The translations under genes were made by a program, and so were the position numbers. From the NCBI GenBank assembly GCA_017615755.1, contig JAFZZM010000056.1:17052-81051 (forward strand): 64,000 nucleotides of DNA. Reading direction: 5' to 3'. Every line of letters begins with the position of its first letter. The first letter of the stretch is position 1. Source of the DNA: Clostridiales bacterium. Its GTDB lineage: Bacteria > Bacillota > Clostridia > Saccharofermentanales > Saccharofermentanaceae. Under the pieces are notes generated by a model. It did no database searches. It worked only from the letters and a program-made list of their open reading frames with translations, and was not told the origin of the DNA. Shown here one piece after another: positions 56,313 to 64,000 of the stretch.

Positions 56313-57752
56313 ATGGAGTATAAGAAGATACGGTTTTCATATGCAGTTTCGGCGGCAGCATGGATCATGGCTGTCCTTATTTTCTGTTCCCCGTTTACCC
56401 GAACCATAATCGCTGACGAAACGACCGCACCGGTTCAAGAGATCCATGGTGTTACCGAAGACCTGGAAAACCCTGTAAAAGGACTTCTCGACGCATCTCC
56501 GGCCGGCATTCCCGAGCCACATTCCGATTCCTATCTCGTCTACGATGCGCTCTCTGATACGATGCTTGTCGGAAAAGACTACGATACACCTATGGAACCG
56601 GCCAGTATCACACAGATCATGACGGTACTCCTCGCTCTTGAAAACCTTCAGAGCTCGGACAAGATCACGATAAAGCCTTCCATGTATGACACGATACCGG
56701 ATGAATTCGTTCGTATCGGTTTTGTTGAAGGTGAAGAAGTCACCGTCGAAGAGTGTCTCTACTCATGTATACTGAAGTCCGCAAATGACGCCTGTATGGC
56801 GCTGGCCATCCAGATGGGCGGCACAGAAGCCGGATTTGTCGAGATGATGAATCAGAGAGCAGCGGAACTGGGCTGCACCAACACACATTTCACCAATCCT
56901 TACGGGAAATACGATTACGAGCACTACTCCACATGTCACGATCTGGCATTGATCCTGCAGGCCGCTCTGAAGCATCCGCAGTATACAGCGATTGCCACAA
57001 GTCTTTCCTACACTATGGAACCGACAAATAAGTACAACGACAAGCGTATCATGAACAACGGAAACAGATATATCTCTTCCCCGCAGATCGCATACGAGTA
57101 CTATATCGGCGGAAAGACCGGATTTGCCGATGGTTTCGGTTATACCATCATTGCAGGTGCGGAAAAAGAAGGCAAACGACTTGTCGGCGTAATGCTCCGT
57201 ACATCCGATGCCGAGAAGCGATACAGTGAATTAACGGAACTTCTTGAATTCTGCTTCAGCAAATATACTACGACCAAGATCGAAGATTCCGAGTTTCTGG
57301 AGACAGAAAAAACAACCGTTACGCAGATAGAAGCCGCACTTGAGGGGTCCGGGCTCTCCATCTCTTCCACAAAACTCGAGCATCTGGAATACTATTCCGT
57401 ACCTTTGGCGCTCGCAGACAGTGGATACAGTAACATTGTGGAGCTCACTTCTGTCGTGATCTCCCCTGATCTAAGCGAGCAGGTCGTTCTTGTTCCCATC
57501 AACCGTGTATTCAGTGACGGAACATCCTACCGGATCGGGTGCTTTTCCGTCGAGATCATAAACAGTAATGTAGTCAAGGAAGAAAAAAAGGAACCGAAAG
57601 AAGAGTCTTCTCTCGGTATCCTGAATCTCATCATTATCATTTTCGTAAGCCTGGTACTTCTTGCCGCTACGATATTTGCCATCGGTCTTTTCCTGAAACT
57701 TACCAGGAAAAGAAAACTCCGCGAAAACAATAAGAATCCGACTGTTCTGTGA
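56313..57752 (+). CDS. D-alanyl-D-alanine carboxypeptidase (S11/PBP5-type) homologue with a C-terminal TM anchor. The catalytic motif reads SxxQ.
   Basis: Signal peptide. PASITQIMT in place of the SxxK motif, SAN (KSANDA) and KTG (GGKTGF) present, C-terminal TM helix. Confidence 0.85.
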   Translation: MEYKKIRFSYAVSAAAWIMAVLIFCSPFTRTIIADETTAPVQEIHGVTEDLENPVKGLLDASPAGIPEPHSDSYLVYDALSDTMLVGKDYDTPMEPASITQIMTVLLALENLQSSDKITIKPSMYDTIPDEFVRIGFVEGEEVTVEECLYSCILKSANDACMALAIQMGGTEAGFVEMMNQRAAELGCTNTHFTNPYGKYDYEHYSTCHDLALILQAALKHPQYTAIATSLSYTMEPTNKYNDKRIMNNGNRYISSPQIAYEYYIGGKTGFADGFGYTIIAGAEKEGKRLVGVMLRTSDAEKRYSELTELLEFCFSKYTTTKIEDSEFLETEKTTVTQIEAALEGSGLSISSTKLEHLEYYSVPLALADSGYSNIVELTSVVISPDLSEQVVLVPINRVFSDGTSYRIGCFSVEIINSNVVKEEKKEPKEESSLGILNLIIIIFVSLVLLAATIFAIGLFLKLTRKRKLRENNKNPTVL

Positions 57753-57754
57753 TG

Positions 57755-59113
57755 CTACTCACCAGCCACGGAAACATCCGGGATCAGGATGCTCGGCGAC
57801 TGAATGTGTGAGGAATCAAAGGCAAAATAATCAACATCATCCGCAAGATCTTCGACCTTAAGCAAAACATCGAAAAAGTTGTCGGCAATCGTGATCTGAT
57901 TTACCGGTTCTGTAATCTTTCCGTCTTTGACGAGGAAACCTTCTGTCATCAGTGAGAAGTCACCGGAAATCGAATTCACACCTGCATGCAGGCCATGAAG
58001 TGCCGTGATATAAAATCCGTCTTTCATCTTGGCGAGAAGTTCATCCTGCGTCAGAGGTCCCTTTTCAAAGTGGAAATTCGTAGGAGAAATGCCTAAAGAA
58101 CCCTTTGCTCCACCACGGAAACCGTTTCCTGTACTGCTGATGCCTTCAACCAGAGCGGTTTTACGGTTATGCAATGCAGATACAAACACACCTTTATCGA
58201 TCAGCACGGTACGCTTGGCAGAAACACCTTCCGAGTCAAAAGGAATGCAGTGCGGGCTGTTTCCGATCATACCTTCATCGATCAACGTGATATTCTCATT
58301 GGCGATCTTCTCCCCGATCCGGCCGGCAAGACGGGAAAGTCCTTTTTGCATGGCATCTGCGGAAAAAGAACCCGCAAAGGCGGCCAGCAGACTTCTTGCT
58401 GCGTATCTGTCAAGAATGATCGGTGATTTCACAGACGGCACGGAATGTGCGCCGAGTTTATCGATTACTTTCTTACCTACTGTCTTTGCACAATCATCGA
58501 TATCCAGATCGGAAAAAGAAGTAAATGACCAGCTCTTGCCTGCCGTCTGGACATCTTCGCCATCCTTGGCACGGCAGCCGACATATACAGCAAGCTCATT
58601 ATCCTTGCTCTCGCAGACCATCCCTTTGGAATTGACGATCAGAAGTTCGCCGCTTGAATATACAACATAGCAATCGTCGACAGATTCGATACGTGAATCA
58701 TATGCAAGGGTCTTCTTTTCGAGTTCCAGGGCGGTTTTCGCCATCTCATCATATCCGATCTTCAGAAGATCTTCGTTAAAACCGTTAAACTCGGGGTATT
58801 CCTTATCGCCTTCATAAACGGTTACTTTTTCTTTTACTTCCAGCACACGGCAGTTATCCTTCGCCTGAGAAAGCAAAAACGGGATCATCTCCTCAGAAAT
58901 ATCCTCGGTATAGGAATATCCCATCTGCCCTTCAAAAAGACCTCTGAAGGATAAACCGGAAGCGTCCGAGCTTTCAAACTGAATGATCTTTCCTTCCAGC
59001 GCCTGAACCGATGTTGACGCGTCGGATTCGAAGTATACTTCTGCTTCGACAAATCCTTCCTCTTCTGCCTTTTTCAATAGCAGATCTATAAATGTACGAA
59101 TTCTTGTTTCCAT
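57755..59113 (-). CDS. pmbA: TldD/PmbA-family protein (PmbA-like partner)
   Basis: Family architecture without HExxxH, encoded directly downstream of tldD. Confidence 0.85.
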   Translation of the reverse strand: METRIRTFIDLLLKKAEEEGFVEAEVYFESDASTSVQALEGKIIQFESSDASGLSFRGLFEGQMGYSYTEDISEEMIPFLLSQAKDNCRVLEVKEKVTVYEGDKEYPEFNGFNEDLLKIGYDEMAKTALELEKKTLAYDSRIESVDDCYVVYSSGELLIVNSKGMVCESKDNELAVYVGCRAKDGEDVQTAGKSWSFTSFSDLDIDDCAKTVGKKVIDKLGAHSVPSVKSPIILDRYAARSLLAAFAGSFSADAMQKGLSRLAGRIGEKIANENITLIDEGMIGNSPHCIPFDSEGVSAKRTVLIDKGVFVSALHNRKTALVEGISSTGNGFRGGAKGSLGISPTNFHFEKGPLTQDELLAKMKDGFYITALHGLHAGVNSISGDFSLMTEGFLVKDGKITEPVNQITIADNFFDVLLKVEDLADDVDYFAFDSSHIQSPSILIPDVSVAGE

Positions 59114-59125
59114 ATAGTTCCCTTC

Positions 59126-60511
59126 TTACGCTTGTCCGCCAACTGTGATCTCAGAAACACGGATCGTAGGTTGACCTACATCTACCGGAATACTGCCGCT
59201 TGCAGATCCACAAACACCTTGTGCCAGAGAAAGGTCATTACCGACACGGTCGATATTCATGAGCACTTCATTACCTTTTCCAATCAGCGTGGCACCCTTG
59301 ACCGGTTCGCAGATCTTTCCGTTACGGATGATATATGCTTCATTAACGGCAAAATTGAATTCGCCGGTTGTCGTATCTACAGAACCGCCGCCCATATTTG
59401 TAGCATAAAGGCCATATTCAGTATCAGCAATGATCTCTTCCTTGGTGCTCTTTCCTGGAGCAATAAAGGTGTTCGACATACGTGATGTCGGCGCATAGGA
59501 ATAGTTCTGACGTCTCGCGCATCCCGTCGAAGGCACACCCATTCTACGGCTGCCGATCTTATCGACCAGATAACTGTTCAAGATGCCGTCTTTGATAAGA
59601 AGATTTGTTGTAGAAGGAGTTCCTTCATCATCGACATCATAGCTGCCCCATTCCTTATTGATCTTCGCATCATCGTAGGCGGTAACGATCGGACTTGCGA
59701 TGGCAAGTCCTTGTTTATCCGTAAAATAGGAAGAACGGATACCGACAGCCGTAGCTTCAAGCGCATGACCGCAAGCCTCGTGGAAAATGACGCCACCGAA
59801 TGCGTTTCCGATGACCACAGGCATCTTACCGGACGGGCAAGGCTTAGCAGATATCATTGTTGACGCGATCCTTGCCGCCTCTACTGCCTTCTCATCGAGA
59901 TCATAGCGCTCAACGAATTCATAGCCTTCTCCGCTACCCGGGCCGAAATATCCGGTCTGCTTCTCGTTACCGTCACTGGCAATTGCCTGAATGATCAGTC
60001 GGCTGCGGCAACGCTTATCGGAAACATTAAGTCCGTCGGAATTGGCGATCCAGATTTCTTTTTCCGCATCCGAACAACCTGCTGAAGTCTGTGTGATAAG
60101 AGAAGAATAATTCTTCGCAGTCTCTCCTGCTTTACGAAGCTTCAAGACTTTTTCAGACTTGGCAACGGTAGACGGAGAAATCTGACACGGTTGCGAGGTA
60201 TACTCGATCACAGGCTTCAAATAGACGGTACGTCCGCCCGGTACCTCGCTAAGAGATGCCGACGCATTCTTCGCCATCCGGATAAGCTTTTCTTCGTTAT
60301 AGATATCGTTGGAATACACATAGACGCATTTATCGCCTTCCAAAATGCGAATACCGATTCCGCAGTCAATACTTGAACCGGTACTCTCAACTACACCATT
60401 TAAAAGTGATACTGACGATAGTTTTGTCCGCTCGATATAGATCTCGGAAAAATCTCCGCCGTGCGAAAGCGCCGCGGCGAGGATTCGCTCCATACTTGCG
60501 GTGGATAACAT
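59126..60511 (-). CDS. tldD: TldD metalloprotease
   Basis: HEACGH (HExxxH) and the C-terminal GxC...GG family pattern. Confidence 0.88.
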   Translation of the reverse strand: MLSTASMERILAAALSHGGDFSEIYIERTKLSSVSLLNGVVESTGSSIDCGIGIRILEGDKCVYVYSNDIYNEEKLIRMAKNASASLSEVPGGRTVYLKPVIEYTSQPCQISPSTVAKSEKVLKLRKAGETAKNYSSLITQTSAGCSDAEKEIWIANSDGLNVSDKRCRSRLIIQAIASDGNEKQTGYFGPGSGEGYEFVERYDLDEKAVEAARIASTMISAKPCPSGKMPVVIGNAFGGVIFHEACGHALEATAVGIRSSYFTDKQGLAIASPIVTAYDDAKINKEWGSYDVDDEGTPSTTNLLIKDGILNSYLVDKIGSRRMGVPSTGCARRQNYSYAPTSRMSNTFIAPGKSTKEEIIADTEYGLYATNMGGGSVDTTTGEFNFAVNEAYIIRNGKICEPVKGATLIGKGNEVLMNIDRVGNDLSLAQGVCGSASGSIPVDVGQPTIRVSEITVGGQA

Positions 60512-60526
60512 GCAACTGCCTCCTTG

Positions 60527-62230
60527 TTATTTCTTATACTGTCTTCTGATCTTCTTACTTGTCGTCTTATCGAACTCGGTATCTCTCAGAACGACACGCT
60601 TGATATGCTTATAATTGACCAGGTTCTTATTGACCTTGGAAACTTCTTCTTCCATCAGATTCTGAACAGCATCATCATCCGGGTTATCACCAAGGACCTT
60701 CTTCACCTCTTCCATGCACGGGAAGATCGTAACCGTGATGATCACATCGTCATTTTCTTCTTCACCGGAAACCAGACATTCTTCTACATAATCCGACATG
60801 GAAAGCATGGTCTCGATTTCTTCCGGGAATACGTTCTTACCGTTCTTGGCAATAATGACGTTCTTCTTTCTTCCTGTAATGATGCAGAAACCGTCTTTGT
60901 CGATATAACCAAGGTCACCGGTATGATAATAACCATTCTCATCGATCGCTTCCTTGGTTGCTTCTTCGTTCTTATAGTAACCCAGCATGACGTTATCACC
61001 TTTGGCAATAAACTCACCAATGCCGTTTTCATCTTGATCGATGACCTTAACATCTACATCCGGAAGCGGAAGTCCGGCAGCTCTGTTATTAAAATCACAG
61101 TCACGGTTCAAGGCAAGGATCGGAGCACACTCGGTAAGGCCATAACCCTGGATACACGGGAATCCCATGTCCTGCATATCCTGAAGGATCTGAGGATCGA
61201 TCCCGGCACCACCGCTGATGATGAGACGGAGACTGCCACCAAATGTTTCATGTACCTGTTTAAAGATCTTCTTGCGCTTATCGATACCGAAGAACAAAAG
61301 GAATCGGCAGAGCTTACGACCGAACTCGAACTTTCTCGCCATCTTCTTTGTCGCCTTAGCCTTCGCCATGATGCTCTTATGGAACTTTTCAAGCATAAGC
61401 GGAACGACCAGGATGATCGTAACGTGAGACTGCTGCATATTCGGAACAATATAACGGAGACCTTCACAGATTGCAATATGCGAACCACGGTACACCTGAC
61501 AAAGAAAACCGCAGGTGCACTCATATGTGTGATGAAGCGGCAGAACGGACAGGAACATGTCGTTCTGATCGATATAACACATCGAACACATTCCTTCCAG
61601 GTTTTTACAGATATTCTTCTGGCAAAGCATTACCGCCTTGCTCTGTGCGGTCGTACCACTTGTAAAAAGAAGCACAGTCATCGCTTCTCTGTCGAGAGGC
61701 GCATCCAGGAATAATCTGTCACCGGAATCCAGAAGTTTTTGTCCGTTATTGAGAACATCATAGAAATAATGCGTATTCTCACGATCAGTTTTATCCATGC
61801 AGATAAAATACTTAACAGTCGGAATAGAATCCTTGATCTCATCGATTACTTTCTGCTTGGAAGAAGAATATACGACACAGTTTACTTCTGCTCGGTTCAG
61901 ACAGCTGGCGACCTCTTCCGAAGGAAGCTCCTTATCCAGAGGAACGATGATTCCCGTGCCGTTTGTCGTTGCAAGATAAGTTACATACCACTCATAACGT
62001 GTCTCTGCCAGGATCGCAATACGGGATCCCAGTCCGCAAAGATGGGAAAGACCTGTACCCATCGCCTGTACGGATTGGTTATACTCCTTGAAGGTATAAT
62101 GCTCATAATCTCCGCCCTTCACCTTCTTATAGTAAAAAAGCGGCTGATCTCCATACAGTTCCACGCTTTGTTTGAGCATATCGCGCAAATCTTCAATATG
62201 ACGGACTTCATACAACGGAATATTTTTCAT
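60527..62230 (-). CDS. AMP-forming long-chain acyl-CoA ligase
   Basis: AMP-binding motifs TSGTTAQSKAV, YGLTE, GDLGYIDKDGF, KNGKNVFPEEIE. Confidence 0.85.
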   Translation of the reverse strand: MKNIPLYEVRHIEDLRDMLKQSVELYGDQPLFYYKKVKGGDYEHYTFKEYNQSVQAMGTGLSHLCGLGSRIAILAETRYEWYVTYLATTNGTGIIVPLDKELPSEEVASCLNRAEVNCVVYSSSKQKVIDEIKDSIPTVKYFICMDKTDRENTHYFYDVLNNGQKLLDSGDRLFLDAPLDREAMTVLLFTSGTTAQSKAVMLCQKNICKNLEGMCSMCYIDQNDMFLSVLPLHHTYECTCGFLCQVYRGSHIAICEGLRYIVPNMQQSHVTIILVVPLMLEKFHKSIMAKAKATKKMARKFEFGRKLCRFLLFFGIDKRKKIFKQVHETFGGSLRLIISGGAGIDPQILQDMQDMGFPCIQGYGLTECAPILALNRDCDFNNRAAGLPLPDVDVKVIDQDENGIGEFIAKGDNVMLGYYKNEEATKEAIDENGYYHTGDLGYIDKDGFCIITGRKKNVIIAKNGKNVFPEEIETMLSMSDYVEECLVSGEEENDDVIITVTIFPCMEEVKKVLGDNPDDDAVQNLMEEEVSKVNKNLVNYKHIKRVVLRDTEFDKTTSKKIRRQYKK

Positions 62231-62307
62231 AACAGTACCCTCAATTTACTTTATTCACCATACTTAGTATACCAAAAATCCCTATTTGCAACACATTTTG
62301 AAGGATT

Positions 62308-62868
62308 TTAATTCTTCCCCGGAAGTCTGTATTTCCGAAGTTCTTTTCGACACGACTTATACTGCGGACACTTTTCGGCCACTTTGTTCCAGAACAGCGG
62401 AGAATGGTTCATCTGATAAAGATGCGCAAGTTCGTGGATCATCACATACTCACGAAGAGGCTCACTCACCTCGCAAAGCATAAGATTCAGGGATATATTC
62501 CCGGAGGAGGAACAGGATCCCCAGCGGCTGCTCATCTCGCGGATCGTGATCCTGTTGGGCTTTCTTCCGTCATATCCTTCGAGAAAAGCACTTGCCCAGT
62601 TCTTCAGTTCTTCTGCTTTTCTTTTCTTCTCGTCCGCGCTGGAAGCAGGCGTCAGAAGGATCTCGGAAAGGATCTTTTTCCTGTTCTTCTCGATCCAGTC
62701 CGCATGTTCATCGATAAATCTTTCGATCTCCTTGATCGCCAGACGAAAAGGCGCAAATGCAAGAACACGCCCGTTTGTGTCGAGCGTGATCTTGAGTCGT
62801 TTACGTTTCCCATATGTCAGAACGTACGGGATTCCGAGATGACTGGTTGTTCTGATGTTTTCGATCAT
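62308..62868 (-). CDS. DUF45/YgjP-like (M48-related) metal-dependent hydrolase
   Basis: WGSCS... followed by HELAHL. Confidence 0.8.
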   Translation of the reverse strand: MIENIRTTSHLGIPYVLTYGKRKRLKITLDTNGRVLAFAPFRLAIKEIERFIDEHADWIEKNRKKILSEILLTPASSADEKKRKAEELKNWASAFLEGYDGRKPNRITIREMSSRWGSCSSSGNISLNLMLCEVSEPLREYVMIHELAHLYQMNHSPLFWNKVAEKCPQYKSCRKELRKYRLPGKN

Positions 62869-63728
62869 ACTTCGGTTCTTCCGGGTACATATCCGCGGGA
62901 GATCGCAAGTTCGGCGCGCTGCTGCGGCTTACCGCCCAGTGCGATCTGGTCATCGATAAAGGAAGGATGTGCAACAAGGAAAGCTTTCATGTACTCGATC
63001 GGATCTTTCATGAACTGCGCGACCATATCTCTCTGAGCGACAGAGAGCACACCCTTTTCAACCGCATCATCAAAGAGGGACAACTCGATGTTAGCAAATG
63101 TGTACATGCTTACGCCCTCTTTCTTGAGGTTCTCTTCTCCACCCTGAAGACGGTTGATCACAGCGATCGTATCTGTGATCTCCGAGCCGAGATTGCGGAT
63201 GGATGGGATCCAGGCTTTCGTATAACTGGAAGCTTCAGTGATCAGGTCAGCGATGTGAAGTGCTTTTTTACCGGAAAGCGCATCCTTTTCAACTTTGGAA
63301 GCCTTCGATTCCACTGTTTCGGAGTAGTATGTCTCGCCATCTTTAAAGATGCTCACATGCGGTTTTCCAAGGATATATGCCGGCATAACGCTGAAGAAGA
63401 AGTCACGGCGTTCACCACCGGAGATGTAATCAAAGTCGAGTTCTTTTGCCTTGGAAACGATCAGATCGATCACGGTCTTATAGGACTCGGATGTCTCGTA
63501 CTGATTCTTGATGAACGGGAAGATCGCATTCAGGAAATCCGTACGATCTCCGGCTGCCGCACCTTCGATCAAAGCAAGGAGCTGATTGGCTTTATCCTCA
63601 GACTCGATGAGAAAATGCGTGTTCACATAAAATGGACCAAGTGTGCCGGAAGCATACCAGAACGGCTTCTCCGGATCACTTACGCGAACTGCGTTAGTAG
63701 CAAATAAATAATCATGAATTGTCGGCAT
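62865..63728 (-). CDS. Phosphoribosyltransferase-fold protein, PyrE-like, downstream of pyrD. Atypical length and PRPP loop.
   Basis: GGAGG RBS before ATG 63728. The DYISGGERRD and LHIADLITEASS segments resemble the OPRTase hood and PRPP loop. The context is pyrD. Confidence 0.5.
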   Translation of the reverse strand: MPTIHDYLFATNAVRVSDPEKPFWYASGTLGPFYVNTHFLIESEDKANQLLALIEGAAAGDRTDFLNAIFPFIKNQYETSESYKTVIDLIVSKAKELDFDYISGGERRDFFFSVMPAYILGKPHVSIFKDGETYYSETVESKASKVEKDALSGKKALHIADLITEASSYTKAWIPSIRNLGSEITDTIAVINRLQGGEENLKKEGVSMYTFANIELSLFDDAVEKGVLSVAQRDMVAQFMKDPIEYMKAFLVAHPSFIDDQIALGGKPQQRAELAISRGYVPGRTEV

Positions 63729-63733
63729 AGTCT

Positions 63734-64000
63734 TTACCTCCACATTTCGAGCGTTCCTGTCAAGGACGCCAAGCCTTCAAGTTTATTCTGTTCAACATAT
63801 TTTTCCAGATCTTCGACGATCTCGACCGGACGGGTCGGATGTACAAGCGAGATCGTTCCCAGTTCCACCGCAGATGCACCGGCGATCATAAACTCCAGGA
63901 CATCTTCATAGGTCGAGATACCACCGCATCCGACTACAGGAATATTGACGGCATCATAGATCTCATGGACCATGCGAAGCGCCACCGGCTTTACGCACGG
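63734..64000 (-). CDS. pyrD: Dihydroorotate dehydrogenase (class 1), C-terminal part. The CDS continues beyond the window.
   Basis: ...KPVALRMVHEIYDAVNIPVVGCGGISTYEDVLEFMIAGASAVELGT... The frame is open to the window end. Confidence 0.85.
   Translation of the reverse strand, partial: PCVKPVALRMVHEIYDAVNIPVVGCGGISTYEDVLEFMIAGASAVELGTISLVHPTRPVEIVEDLEKYVEQNKLEGLASLTGTLEMWR

Noticed and set aside
57755-60511. The TldD/PmbA pair as part of a peptide (microcin-like) maturation system.
   Set aside because: There is no precursor peptide, cyclodehydratase, dehydrogenase or export/immunity gene nearby. The neighbours are a PBP homologue and an acyl-CoA ligase. Stand-alone tldD-pmbA pairs are common housekeeping genes.
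1-64000. The whole window as a mobile element, prophage or defence island.
   Set aside because: No integrase, transposase, phage structural gene, restriction-modification, toxin-antitoxin or known defence-domain gene was recognised, and no flanking direct repeats or tRNA targets. The backbone follows conserved Firmicute housekeeping synteny.

Overview
This window looks like core chromosome from a mid-GC Firmicute of the class Clostridia. A Lachnospiraceae-like origin is only an inference from the protein sequences. About 55 CDS are supported.

From 0 to 47 kb almost every gene is on the + strand. The order is recA-recX-rimO-pgsA, then the Bacillus-type block acpP-rnc-smc-ftsY-ylxM-ffh-rpsP-khpA-rimM-trmD-rplS-rbgA-rnhB-yraN. 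That block is interrupted twice: by a DUF3267-like gene between trmD and rplS, and by a 5.2 kb accessory insertion (M1 peptidase plus a giant surface protein) between rplS and rbgA. Downstream come a secreted ComEC-type MBL protein, an aminotransferase, purB, a cysteine desulfurase with thiI, a second giant surface protein (BspA-type LRR), glyA, rarA, MarR with a fused ABC exporter, nifS, a short GH32, a PHP phosphatase, an M18 aminopeptidase, aroF, and a Leu T-box leader in front of leuA.

From 47 to 64 kb most genes are on the - strand: miaB-mutS-mutL-miaA-hfq, pmbA/tldD, an acyl-CoA ligase, a DUF45 peptidase, a PyrE-like gene and pyrD. lexA and a DD-carboxypeptidase homologue are on the + strand.

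I saw no rRNA, tRNA, CRISPR array, transposase, integrase, phage gene or recognisable defence gene, and I could not support a novel multi-gene system.

The observations most worth a second look are:
- A 38-codon membrane-peptide ORF, absent from the ORF track, lies head-to-head with lexA next to a LexA box. It is a candidate SOS division inhibitor or toxin.
- An AT-rich 13-6-13 palindrome with dif-like arms sits exactly where coding-strand polarity converges.
- A 245-aa C-terminal module is shared by two otherwise unrelated giant surface proteins.
- The DD-carboxypeptidase homologue has SxxQ in place of the catalytic SxxK.
- The Hfq homologue carries a basic N-terminal extension.

Everything here comes from reading the sequence by eye. 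All homology statements are motif recognition from memory, not database searches.
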